Under the pieces are notes generated by a model. That model ran no database searches, was not told the DNA's origin, and worked only from the letters and a program-made list of their open reading frames with translations. A stretch of 54,952 nt of DNA, filler included, from Sphacelaria rigidula (Eukaryota): assembly GCA_964200075.2 (NCBI GenBank). It is 4 parts of 4 records of this genome, joined end to end, with 100 filler letters (N's around TTAATTAATTAA, not from the genome) between each part and the next. Parts side by side here need not be neighbours in the genome. Positions count along the whole stretch, not along the records: positions 27,533 to 41,193 come from CAXNAA020002738.1; positions 41,294 to 54,952 come from CAXNAA020002739.1; 2 more parts are not named here. One strand, written 5' to 3'. Shown here in pieces: positions 36,379 through 49,477 of this stretch. How positions within the stretch are numbered: position 1 is the first letter of the stretch; the number at the start of each line of letters is the position of its first letter. A program made the translations under genes and the position numbers.

Positions 36379-37310
36379 TCAAAGCCCAAGTAATCACGTC
36401 GCCGGACGTCGTCGCACCTCGAACACTGGATTTGTTCAAGTGTCAAGACCCGTGTACTAGACTCGTAGTAAGAATGTGCTCTGTGTGAAGAAACCGCAAA
36501 AATTTAACCGAAAGTCGGAGAACTTGAGCTGATGCTGGGCGATGAAAAGGAGATACCGCGAAGAATTCCCGGGTTTCCCCCAGACAGCACTCAACACCTC
36601 ATGGAAAGGAGGCAGGATAATACCAGGTCACGTGACGAGTCTTTTTCCTCATTGGACTTCTCCGGTATGCATCTGCTACGACGGTTGCCTTCAGAGTACT
36701 TGTTCGTAGCTCGTTCATCACTTTGGAAGATCGACGATTTTCTCTCACTGGGGGGGTTTATGGACGGCTGGATTTCGATCCCAAATGTGAGAGATACGAC
36801 ACGCCCCGGACTACCCGATATTATAATCATTAGTGGGACGGTGATCGTCAAACAAAATATGGAATTACACGGTGGCTTACTCAGGCACCGACACGAGAAA
36901 CCTCTCCTTACGGGGAAATCGTGTAGTATCGGACCAAGGGGTCACGAAATCACAGTATTATATACCCCCTCGGAGTGTCTGCCTGTTTCGAAAGGGAAGG
37001 GGTAGCGGCAGGGGGGGGGGTGAGTTGATCAACTCCTTCAGTCTAGTGTAGAAATAATGAAGCACTTGCTGCTTGTGCACCACCGGATTTCCACCTGATT
37101 GTAGTTCGGGGGACAAATTCTTGATTTCGTTGTGGTGCAAAACAACCACTTGGATCCAGTGTTAAGTTATGGAATACGTCATTCGTGTGATCATTGGGCA
37201 GGACAAGAAGTAGAATATCGCGAGGGATATGAAGATCAAGAAGAGGGCTGATCGCATACGACCGAAATTCGAGCCCCTACCCAGCAGTGCCAATACAGCT
37301 ACGAAAATAA

Positions 37311-37573
37311 GCTGACACTTTTTACGATAGCCCCTCCCAAAAAAGTGCATGGTTTCGGGAGGCAAAATCTTCACGTAAATCGAAATGGGAAAAGCCGAGC
37401 ACAACGAGAAGCTGGGAATTCCCACGCTTGGGTTTGTTGTTTGTTCTAGCCAATGTCGCCAATATTAGGCGCTTCATGCACAGCCTGAACCCGAACATCA
37501 GGCGCTGTATGACCAATTTTTTCGGGACACTTTTAGCTGGTTTGGGGGGGGGGCTATCGTAGAAAGTGTCAGC
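37311..37573 (-). mobile_element. MITE family B, copy 2
   Basis: TIR gctgacacttt(t/c)tacgatagccc at both ends. Confidence 0.85.
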
Positions 37574-38248
37574 TAGAGTGCCCAGCAGTGTCATCAGCTC
37601 ACCTGGCGACCTGAACGCACGCGTAGTGGACATGTTCGCCACTTGAATCAAGTGTGAGGCATTATTTGCTCGAGTATACAGTATAGGTCACATGTGTACA
37701 TGGATATACATGTATTTCCTCGAAATCCGCGATCGGGCGAGCGAGACCCCGTTCGATGAGGTTGGTCTACTTCCAATTCGGATGAATCCGCGATCGGACG
37801 ATTCTTCGAGTTAAGGATAAAATTCTATGGCATCATCACAGAGTAGTTTCTCGACTTTTTTGTGAGTGCGTGCATACGTTCCTTGCAGCAGAATTCTTCA
37901 TAACTGTCTCCGGGGAGTAAGAGGGTGCATGCTCTATATACTCAACGAACAACTCAACTATTCTATTTTACACCTCAATCCCGTTCATCAACTCGACGTC
38001 ATTACATGCTGCGATGTTTTTGCATATCACTCTCCTGGTACGTTGCACAGACGTCGACAACCTCACTAGAGTAGGCGATGTTGCGCTACGCGCCTCAGGA
38101 TATCTCTATGGTCACCCCGTTCGGCAAGATACTGTAGGCAACCCCAGCCTCATTCTCTGGTCTCTTTTCAGGAATAGCTCATCGTCATCTGTCCTTCCTC
38201 TCCCCGCCCCCCCCTCCGTTCCCCGTCCCCTTGCTGTGGATGGTACAG

Positions 38249-38434
38249 GAAGAAACGGCTACCTTTTTCCTCGGAGTAACGCCTCGACTAACCTCTGAAG
38301 ATGCAGTGTTCAACCGTGCGTGGGATCAGCGATGTCGCCTGATCACGCTGCCTGCAGGCACGGTGTGGGTGCGAGTGAACGGGCTCTTCAGAAATTTGTA
38401 CGACCAAGATGTCAATACGTTGTCGTTCGGCTAG
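38249..38434 (+). CDS. B9D2: B9D2-like gene, exon 7 (last)
   Basis: EETATFFLGVTPRL..RCRLITLPAGTVWVRVNGLFRNL..stop matches the B9D2 C-terminus (F.GG.P.L..RL.T...GTV......RN); pyrimidine tract plus CAG acceptor. Confidence 0.9.
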   Translation, partial: EETATFFLGVTPRLTSEDAVFNRAWDQRCRLITLPAGTVWVRVNGLFRNLYDQDVNTLSFG

Positions 38435-39163
38435 CAAGACAGGAAGAGTCAATGCTGCTCTTTCGAGAACGACCTTATGGACGTTACCCTGTAGTGGTGG
38501 CTCAATATGTACGTAGCAGTAGATAACCTCAAAGTGAAATCGTTTGCCGTTGTAGTCGTTTGGAAAAGCTGGTCTCAAATCGATGTGAATTTGTAGTTCC
38601 CCAAAGACGGGTGTAAATATACAAGGAGCCCGCGGTCAGCGAGTGCTCTACGCGCGGTACCCACGACTACGTGAACGGACGGGAAACAGCCTCCTATCCT
38701 GCGATACTTCGCGTAACGTCCGATGTTTCGGGTGAAGCATGGCCACTGGCGGACATTGGACTGAGGAAATTATGGGGCGGCCCGGATTTAACTCCACCAA
38801 TGCGAGGTATAGACGGTAACAACCCAGACAGGAGTGGACAATGGCGGTTCCAGGCGCCGCGACGGACGAGCCCTGGGCTTGTAGACAGGCGTATCGGGTG
38901 TGGAGAGGGGCAGTGATCACACATGGAGGCAGGTTATCAAATAAGTTGGCTGCAGCAGTGGGATTCGTCCAGTGGATCCACAGGATAACAGCGTGTAAAT
39001 GTCCTCAAAATATTTTACTGTTGCTTTGGGTGGGCTGGACTGTATCGAACGGTGTTAGCCGTGTGACTAAAGTTGCCAAGTGATGATGAGCGACCTCTTC
39101 GCCAGATTGAGTGCCTAGTATTTGACTGGGTGTGGGGTTTTAGTACGAAGACGTTGTTTTAAA

Positions 39164-39255
39164 CCGTTTCATTCACGGATAGAACACTAACTTGTGTTGA
39201 CGCCAAGTTTAAAGGATGCCGAGTCAACAGATCACCTGCCCTAGCGGTCAAAGGG
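39164..39255. mobile_element. ~92-bp piggyBac-like MITE, degenerate
   Basis: gatgccgagtcaacagatcacctgccctagcggtcaaaggg|TTTA matches the family end. Confidence 0.55.
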
Positions 39256-41193
39256 TTTATACGAGTGACGTTGGGGAACAGTTGTCAAATCGGAGTCGTT
39301 GACTGTACGAGCATTGAAACGCAACGATGTGCTTTGATGAACATACATTAAAAAGAGTAAAACGACGATATCACCCATCGGAACACTTTCCTCATGGATG
39401 CGCCGTCGTACTTCCGGTCGGCTACGACTATATACCTCGCACATAATAGCAGGTTTCACATTTTTTTCAATAGTTATCCTACGATGGGGGGGGGGGGTAT
39501 TTGATTGCACGAAAAAGGAGGCTCATCGGTGTCTCAGACGACGTGCCACACTCGCGGTGCGCTTGAATTTGTTTCAAAACGTTCTCAAACAGTATGAATG
39601 AGCGTTATAAATCCATAACAAGCTCGTTCGAACGACCGTTGCTGCTTTCAACGACGATTTTACTTGGAATTTCGTGCAAGAAGCGGCCCGAAATACCCCC
39701 CCCCCACCCCCTATCGTAGGATGACTCTACATTGAATGCGAGTGTAGCACATTACCCCGCCGCGATATCAGACACTGATGTGTTCGTCACTGTTTGATTT
39801 CGGATAATATATCCAGCGACTGAAAATTCGTGGTGTTGAGCCTTTGGCCGGCAGATTTCTTCACCTGGGTCACGCAGCAACATTTCAAGTGAAGATGATG
39901 CCGATTCCATAAATGGACACCCCCGGCACAAAACGTTCGTTTGTAGAATCGGCAAGCTTTTCACTACGTTTCCAAGTAAAAATGGACTGAAAAGCTCACA
40001 CTCAATCACATGGTACACATTCGATTTGACGAAAAGGAGCAAAAAGGAGGATGATGCTGTAGCACTTCTGGCAGTAAGAGAGAGGAAGAGCTGCTCTGGT
40101 CGAAAATCCCGCAATGGTACAGAAGACCGTCCTGGGGTATGTTTCAGCTCGCGGAGCGAAGCACACCTAGAGCGTAGAAATTGATCTCATCCTGGGCACG
40201 ACCTTCATATGTTGAACAAACGTCTTGCCTACATGAAATTCTTCCAACGACGGAGAGCAGTACCACCGATTACCTGGGTACTCAAATACTGCCGGAGCAG
40301 AGAGCAGAGTTGAAAGTGTCTGAGCATGCTGAAGTTGCGAGTTTAACCTTGATACGTGTCAAAAATGGACTTCAACGAACGCCATGCACCGCAGCCATGT
40401 CTCTTCTCCTGTCTGCAGAAATGTCTACACCATATATAAAAAAAGCTTGACCGATATCAATCATAAGCTTTGGACAATAGCATGGAGTTTCATGTTATAT
40501 GGGCAACCGACGTACCACAACAAGCGCGGGTCGAAATCCGCATATCGACAAACCGCGGTCGGCAAAATATTATGCAGCAAACGCGGCAAGTTATTACCTG
40601 GCCCTTTTTTTCTTTTCTTTCTGCGAATATTTGCGCATACGACGCAGTTTCATGCACCACAAACGCTTAGACGGAAATACACCGAACACACTAGGAGAGA
40701 CGGGTAGAGAAAGATAGTACAGAGAGACCGACACACAGAGGGGGAGAGAGCTATCGCCTACCACCTGATGTCGCACCATGTGCAGAACTACAGCTGTTCC
40801 TCTCAAGCTGATAACACTATCCGTGCTAAAAACGTCCCCCTGCGCCGCCCCTATACGTAACAGTACGGCCCCGCTACAAACCCCGCGCGTCGTTTCGCGG
40901 TGGGCCTTATTTTTGTATCCATTCGGTGTTGCTAACGCGACCCCCATTTGCCGAGCGTCATCTTCTCTCCCTGGATCATATCCCCGGCACAAGACAAAAG
41001 ATACACGCCGAGAAACGAAGCACAAGAAAAGTCGCACGGTCAAAATCAATTGCGGATGACGTATAATATGTACTAGTCTCAATGTGTGTAAACACACGTG
41101 TGTGCGGCACACATGGTAGTTAACCCTTTGGGAACTCAAGTGCTGATTCTTGTTTTGTAAATCTTTGTGAATCGGCATCATTTTGACTTGAAA

Positions 41194-41293
41194 NNNNNNN
41201 NNNNNNNNNNNNNNNNNNNNNNNNNNNNNNNNNNNNNTTAATTAATTAANNNNNNNNNNNNNNNNNNNNNNNNNNNNNNNNNNNNNNNNNNNN
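41194..41293. other. Artificial scaffold linker
   Basis: N44-TTAATTAATTAA-N44. Confidence 0.97.
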
Positions 41294-41609
41294 GGCCGCA
41301 CTTTCATTTTTGGCCGAACACGGATTTTCAACAAAAGACGGTCAAGCGATCAGAAAACAGGGGGGAATTTTGATCACCTGACCGTTTTATACTGAAAATT
41401 CGTGTTAGGCCTGATTTGACCAAAAACAAAAGTGCGGCCAGCGGGAAATGCAGAGTTGCCCTAGAACGGTCTCAACGAGTAGGGCAAGTCATTCCAAGGC
41501 ATCAACATCCGGCTAGCCCTCTTCTCGAGCGCAAATCGACGGAGAAGGGCCCAAAAGGCAGTTTTCGACTGGAATTTTGAACGGCTCCCATTAGAGTTGG
41601 CCTTAGCAC

Positions 41610-42250
41610 TTGATTTTTCGATCGAAAAAGTGCGGTCGATTTTTTTTTTACCGATCTGATACGCGCACCACACTAATGTTCCCAGAAGGCTTCAGCTCAA
41701 AATTATAATTAGGGGCGTGTGGAGAAGAATGCAACGAGGTTGAAAACAACCGTGTTCGATCGAAAACATGCCGTCGAAAGACACGAGGCGGCACTTCACT
41801 CTTATCTTACAGACCACCACGCCAGATAACACCTGTTCACAGGACTATGCAAACTCCATCCTACTCATTCTCAGCTACCACCGCAATCCTGCAGCATAGC
41901 GCACGAGTTGAGCCCAGGGATAGATACACTCCAGTACAGTAGTTGGTTGTGTTTTGTTTTATTTTTGTTGGCGAAAACTTGATTTTGCATCTTCTCTCAT
42001 GGTAGGGATCAGCGACGGAACTGCGTGGTACGGTGCGCAAACGAGTTACGTGCACGCTCATGGACAGTGCAGGTAGCACAAAGCTGCACGTTGCTGTGTT
42101 CCTCTTCACGTCGCATTGTAAGAAGAAATAACTGAGAGTCCTGGGCTGTATGCACTGCAGGTTGCCCGCTCCTCTTCTATATCCTCCTCACCGAAACACG
42201 CACACACGCATCCAAGAGACAGCTCGCAAGCAAGGCAGACAGCACAGACA
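41610..42250 (+). repeat. Dispersed repeat homologous to 18100-18810 and, inverted, to 27533-27665
   Basis: Shared gtgcggtcgatt..cacgccagataacacc..cgagttgagcccagggatagatac..ggatcagcgacggaa..ttcacgtcgcattgtaa. Confidence 0.85.
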
Positions 42251-45200
42251 TCGACAATGGAATGCGGCTCCAAAATTCACCGAACGGCGGCAAATCGGCT
42301 GTTGAAATCACCGAACCCCGAACGTCGGGAAATCGGATTTTAGGAACACGAAAAGGCCTGCAAACAGGCAACAACAAACACAAAGCCCATGATTGTTGTT
42401 GATTGAAATCATAACGATATGACGCACGCATATGTCGCGCTTACTCGATTCAGACGCCTATGGTATAAGGAAATACAAATATAATCGCGTTACCGTTTGA
42501 ACGTCATGTGTTGCACATATACAATAAAGGCTGCGATTGCCAAAAAATAGACAACCCAGAAAGATCCGAAGAAAAAACAAAAAAACTGCGACACCAAAAT
42601 TCACCGAACTCGAAGAAATCGTTCTGCAGTCTGGTGTCACCTGTGTTCATCGCGTCTATGCATGTATACGTGAAATTCCCGTTTTTCAGAATTTAAGTGT
42701 CAGATCCACCATAAGGGCTCCGCGTATTGCCTATTACGCGTACACTTTCAGGCACTGACTGCTTGGGTCGAAGGTCGAATCTCGCCCTCGTCGAACGTGA
42801 ACGATGGAAAAACATTGCACTATCTCATCAAGCTTTCGAAAATTAAATATGTCACAGGGTGAAGCGGAGCTGAAGGGTTTTGTGAAGTGTACTGTTTTAA
42901 GAGTAGGTCTAATTGATCCGCTTGCACGGGAGCGTTCGCACGTGATCTCAGTTGGACATATATCGGTAACCGATTTTCGTTTTTTTTTGCTATTTATTGG
43001 CCTCGTCGTTGTTTATAGACACACCCCTTTGCCCTGTGAACAATACGACACTGATTGGAGACCTCAAGATATAAACTGCCAGCCGTGTCGTTCTTTGACA
43101 CGAACAAATGGGGGAGTAGTTCAGTGCAAAACCTTTTGGTATTTCTTCACGCACGTGCCACGTACTTTTTCCTCGCACGAACTCCACCATACCGTGACTT
43201 CATCAGCCCCTCCCTCACGAAACTGTGATCTGGTTCATGACCTTGCTTCTTTCCATTACTCTCCTACCTGACCGCTATCCTGGTAGAGGGTAGGGAGCAT
43301 GCGGCAAATGCTAGCTGTGTCCACGCTAAACATCCCAATTGATGTGCCCTTCTCAACAGCAGCTTGCAACAAGCGGTGTTGCTTGTCTATTCCTTTTGTG
43401 CAAGGCGAGAGACGGATGGGGTACGGCAACATGGGGCGGTGAAAAGCACACGTGAATGAAGTCAGCTATTACGCAAATGAAGTAATTTGACTCTACCTAG
43501 TTTACGCTCATGAAGCAATTTGAAGTATGTCGCCCACTAAGCGGCACCTTGGCTGCCGCCACTCTGATGTTTGATTCGATCAGTTTGTTGGTTGATGGTC
43601 ACACATTCACCCTCTGGTACATGTAGTAAGTCCTAGTCCTCCAAACCGCAACCGCGGTGCTGCAACCACAAGACATGTTGCTGGAAACGCCCCGGTGAAG
43701 TAAGTGGTGATTTGTTTCCGATGCCCGTGTGTGCCAGGTGAGCTGTCTCGCTGCGCAGTGATTGTGTTGCCTATGTGGTAACCTGCTTTGATTTTTAACA
43801 CCTTTGCTGCCAGTAGTGCTCTGAAGTGCTGTCGATGTCGCCCGCCTGACATTTCAGGTCATGCACTAATGGTAATATTACTTTCCTCCAAGAAGTATCT
43901 GATCTCCGTTATTGACGTCAGGAGGACATGAGTTGCACGAAAAAATTGACGAGAGTCGACGCGTTTCGGGGATGCTGATCCGTTCCTTGATACTCAAGTG
44001 CAAGGCGTGTGTACCTGGAGAGAAATGCGTTGATCCCTTGAAACTACAGACTCGTTTCGAGGAAGGGAAGAGGATGGAGGTATGGGAATGTAGAAGAGTG
44101 TGACAGACAAGGGACTAAATTGAACACATTTGTTCTCATGCCCGGTACCGAACGCGTTTAATAACGGTTATTCGAGTCACTGTCCAGCCCAGGGTGAAGC
44201 ATAAATTAACCTTCGTCTGGGCTTGTGCCGATCGTTGCCGAATTGTTGCACCTTGAGTGAAGCTGTGGTGTCGCGGAGGTCCTGCTTTGCGTTTTGCCAT
44301 GGCACTTTACTTTCCTCCAGGCTCCGATATTTTGGCCCCATCAACACATACCTCCAGCTTCTCAGCCTGCAATATAGTGCGATCACCTGGTAGACTCCAG
44401 CCTGGCTATACGGTGCAGGATTTCCCGCTCGTTTCCCCCTCCCCCTCTCGTCCCCAAAAGAAGTTGTGAAGAAATCCTCGACTCCCAAGCGCGGGGCACA
44501 GCATACTTTGAACCTCATAAGTGTGAGCATCAACTACTGCCAGCGTACAGAGCAAAATAAGCCGTACTGCGGGGGAAGCGGGTTATGATTTTTTGGCGGC
44601 TTTGAGAAAAGTTTGATTAACCTTCATTTTTCTACATCTCAGAGAATACCATACCCTCGGCTCCTCGGCTCAAAACATCTATGCGGGGAACAGCGAGGTA
44701 CTCCCCGGTGTCCCTGGCTGAGATTTTGGCGGACGCAACGCACCAGGCGGTTCTCGGAAAGTTTCCCGTATCCCCCATCCCAGAGTTGTGCTTGAAATGG
44801 GCCGAGCACGTGGACTCAAAAGGCTGCACGCCGGTTTCTCGCGCCCTTCGTTAATCCTGAACCGCTTATCGGCCGGAAATCGTAGTACTTGAAGTCAGCA
44901 CCGGCGTTGACGAAGTGGGCTCCCGCTTTGAATGACCGTGTACCTCCTGTTGGCCAGGCTCGTGAGGGAGACGCCACGTCGTCGCTGCTGGTGTTGAGAA
45001 GTACTCGTTGTCCGTTCTCGGCGAGTGAGGCACGCGTCATAACAGTGGTCGTTAGCCTTCGTTTTCAGGTAGAGATAGATACCTGCCGACCGAACCAAAA
45101 CCAACGGAGGCGGCGCGCTTGTGGCGATCGAGATACATTCGGGCAGCTCGTTGGTCGCGGGTATGACCGATGAGCACAGGTCCGGGTCCGGGGGCTCCGC

Positions 45201-45999
45201 TGCTCTTAGGTAAGCTTGAGCCCCCGTGATGATTTCTAGCCTGCTCTCGCGCTCGTGGTCTCCTCTCACTTTGAATCAGGAACTCACTTATCGCAGCACT
45301 GTGCTGTTCTACACATTGTGGTTTAGTGCAGTGCAGTGCACTTTGCGTTACTGACCCTACAGCTGCAGCTGCCACTTATCCAAGAGGAGCCAGGCGAGGG
45401 CTGGTATGAGAAGGGCAGCACACAGTATTGTGATGGTCCAAACAGTACGCATAGTACAGTAAGTACAGTTGGATATTGATGGGTACACGCCCTGACAAAT
45501 AGATGGCGTGGGAGGGTTGTGCAAGAAAACAACACCATTCCATATTTCGCACATTTTGTGACAAGCCAACTAAGCCAAATTTGGTGCTGGTACTCACCTT
45601 TGGTGCTCGCCTCTTGGCCGTTGCTAATTTGACGTCGCACATTTGATACTTTACAAAGATTCTGTGTCAATGTGCCCTAAAATGTGGTCGGGGATAGAAA
45701 TAATTTGAAAGGGCCACAGCCGCAAAGATTGTGGGCAACAGACTTTTGAAGGTGCTTCCAGACTACGACGGTCACTTCCTCAGTGTCCTTAATGTCTCGT
45801 TGCCTACAGGGTCGTGTATACGGAGATCGAATTGTCAGTGAAATCTCGAGGAGTATTCGTTTTCTCCACTATTGCTCTTTGCATGCAACTTGGCGCAGGC
45901 GATGCGAGGACACGAATCAAAATTATGTTCTCGTACACACAACGGGTGGCAAATTGCTCCGTTCCGGCACAACCACCCCGTTCCTGCCCCGTTTTTTTT

Positions 46000-48900
46000 G
46001 TGTGGATTCGCCACAGACGAGTGCATTGGAACAGAGATAGCCGAACAAGTAAGTGACCGCGACGCACATGTAGTGGGGATCCAAGAGTCATGGGAGAAAG
46101 AGAAGGGGGGAATAGGATGCGCAATTGGAGAGTACGCATGCACAGGGAAGGAGCGAAAGGGACAGGTCCTCGAGAACAGGGGAGCGGGGGGAGTAGGATT
46201 TTTGGTCAAGAAGCACCACATCATAGAAGTTATCAAAGATTCGCAATTCGACGAGAGCATACGGGTAAGGGTACCAGGAGAGCGGGGAACGGAAGCCTTT
46301 TCGGAGGGAATATTTGTGCGCCCCCAGAATCGAAGAGTACGGTAAATGATATACAGCGGAAATTTGGAGAAATAGCAGTACATGTACGTAAGTATCAAGG
46401 GCAAGAACAAGTAACGTTAGCGGGGGATTTTCACGGAAGGGTTGGGAAAACAGGCCAACCGGATGACATCATGCGGCAATACGGGGAAAATAAGAACACG
46501 GAAGGAATGCTGAGGTTCCTTGAGAGCAACGAGATGAAGACATTGAATGACGAATCACAAAAGTCAGAGGCGCAATGGACATGGACTAGAAAATGCAAAG
46601 ACGAGAGAGAACGCGCCGTTCTGACTATGTAGTGGTGAAGCATGAAAATAGTAAAGAAATGGAAGTGCGTGTAAGCGTGGAGAACGTGGGAACTACAGAA
46701 TATTGTCTAGTATGGACAGGAAGTCAACAAACGAGACCTACAAAAAATGGACGTGGTAGGAAGTTGTACAATCGGAGAATCGATAAACTAGAAGCGGAAA
46801 AAAAGCAGCACGAGTTCCATGAAGTGATGGCCGAAGATAAGAAATCGGGCAGGAGCGAAGATTATAGAAGGATGAGAGCAGTTGGTTAAGAACACAGCGC
46901 GTAAAGTCACAGTCAAGAAACTGATCGTATGCAACAAAGCAGTGAAGACGATGAGTAAAGGAGGCTATAAGAGTAAGGAGAGAGGCCCACGCGAGATACA
47001 TATCGAGTAAAACTACGGTAGGGTGCGAGGAGTATACTAAAGCTCGAAAATAAGTAAAACAAATCGTAGAGAAGAAAAAGAAGGGGATATGGGAAGATAT
47101 TGTGAGTGAAACAAATGAAGATTTCGATGGCGGGACGGAACAAATGTGGGTCGGGATGAAGGAGATAGTGGGAAACCAGACGGGAAATATGGATGAGGGG
47201 ATAACCACATCATGGGCATGAAACGGTAGAGGGGTGGTAGTTCTAAGGGGGAGAGAAAAGTAATAGTATAGCACTACCGTGGACGAGGAACACCAAAAAC
47301 TAACAAGAGGCTCGACACGGAAATCGAGGAAGAAATCAACGCATGGGCAAATGCAAATGTAGAGAGATCAAAGCTGGAGGACAGTTCAACAGAATCGTAG
47401 GGAGTTCACCGAAGACGAAGTAAATGAGAGAGTATCTAAACTCAAAAACAGAAAGGCAGCAGGGGCAGACGAAGTAATGGAGGGATTTCTGAAGTACAGG
47501 GAGGAGGGAGTCATTTGCATGGTTGTGCTGTTTAATTGGATATGGGAAGACGAGTACACACCCAAGAGGCGGAGAGGAGTAGCAGTAAACGTCTTGGAAA
47601 AGGAAGACGATGCTGATCCAGGGAATCACTGACGGATAAGGCTATTGAATACCGTAAGGAAAGCATTCTGTAAGATTCTCAATGATCCGGAGTGGGAACG
47701 ATGCTAGAGCAGAAAAAAATCAGCGAGGGGCGAGCAGGTTTTAGACCAAACCGTAGCTGCGTAGACCATGTGTACACACTAGGTAAGATTAGTCAAGGTA
47801 AGATAGACGCCGGGCTGATAGCGTACTGTTTATTTCTGGACATACAAAACGCTTACGATACAGTTCGGAAAAATAAGCTGTGGAATATGTTGTGGGAAGT
47901 TGGGATCAGGGGAAGGATGTGGAGAAGACGTATGACAAAATGTGCGAAAAGCGCTCTGATGTAGACGAGGAAATATCGAAACAGTTCGATATTTTACAAG
48001 GAGTTGCATAAGGATGTACATTATCACCCACTCTATTCAAAGTACTTATAAATGACCTGATGATGACAAAAGAAGCAGCAAGGCAAGGAGTCAAGGTGGG
48101 GGAAGATACGGTATTTGGATTGATTTTCGCGTATGGTTTTGATATCAGATACACCAGAAGGATTGCAGAATCAAATAGATCAGACGCTAGGAAATACCAG
48201 GAGATGGAGAGTGATAGCGAACGTCAACAAATGTGCGATACATGGGTGCAACGAAGATGAGAAAAAACCCGGTAGAGTTCAAATGGAAGTGGTGAGATGA
48301 GGAGTTACCGATCGTAGACCAGTATACATACCTTGGCGTAGAGATCAATATATTGTTTTTGGAATGCACACATCGATCAAGTATTAGAAAAAGGCAAGGC
48401 ACCGATAGGCAGGATAGACGTAATCCTCAGAGGTTCGCACCTAGATACTCGGATCAAGACATGATCCCGATGAATGTTATTGTACCAAAGCTAGAATGTG
48501 CATGATAAGTATGGGAGAGGAACGCGAAGCTGGCGAAAAAGTTGGAAACAGTGATGATGGCAGCAGCTAAGAAAATATTTCGATGCTCAATAACGACGAG
48601 TACCACATCATTGGGAGCAGAATTGGGAATGTGCCCACTTCAAAGAGAGACGTGAAAACTTTGAAGTGGCAATATAGCGTGAAGAACATGACAAGAAATA
48701 GATTGCCAGCCATAGTTGATAGGGCTGTATGGAAAAAATGACGAAAGGGCAGGCTGGAATAAGTTGGGATCGAGTAGCCGAGAAGGTATGGAAGGAGATG
48801 AGAGGGAACACAGACGAGATAATGTCCATAGGTGACTGTGGTGGGTACAAGACAAAAGTAAGAGACATGATGGAAATAGGGGGAAAAGAAGCGCTAGGAC

Positions 48901-49477
48901 AAGAGGTCGACGAGGAAGAGCACCTGGGAATATACGGGGGGTTGAGAAAGGAGATGGGATTGACAACATATTTGCGTGGCCCAATGAACTCCGCGAAAAA
49001 TTTGAAACTGTGATGTCCGGGTGCGGAACCTGGACACGCGAGAAAGAAGGAGGATATATACTAGTAGTCGAAAGAAAGAGGAAGTAGATCCACAGAGTTG
49101 CCCCTGTGGCAAAGCAATAAAGAGCAGAACTCACATCGTGGCAAAATGTGAACAATACAAGGAGGAACGGGACGTGCTGGAAGGGGAAATGTGGGAAGTA
49201 AACGAAGGCGGCATGAAATCGTCTTATGCATTAGACGGGGGGGAAATGATGGCTGCACTAGAAGATAGATGGTGGCCACAGACGGCGAAACAGGACGGGG
49301 AGAAGATATGTAAAATTATTTTGTGTTGTGTATGGAAGAAACGTGATGATCGCCGAAATGTTGAAGGTGTCTCTATTAGGGGTATAAACGGTGCTTCGTC
49401 TCGAAAGTGGTGCGTGTTCGATGGTCAAACGACTGACGCAAGCAACATATGAGTACGCCCCCCCATCCCTTCCCCCG
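46000..49477 (+). mobile_element. Decayed non-LTR retrotransposon (LINE) ORF2: APE endonuclease, RT and C-terminal Cys/His motif
   Basis: VVGIQESW, GGVGFLV, GDFHGRVG, DYVVV (EN); LKNRKAAGAD, GFRPNRSCVDH, FLDIQNAYDTV, GCTLSPTLF..INDL, YTYLG (RT); CPCG..RTHIVAKC. Many stops and frameshifts. Confidence 0.93.

Noticed and set aside
43600..45300. Possible LINE ORF1 or hidden gene upstream of the LINE
   Set aside because: No consistent frame, splice pattern or motif could be identified by eye.
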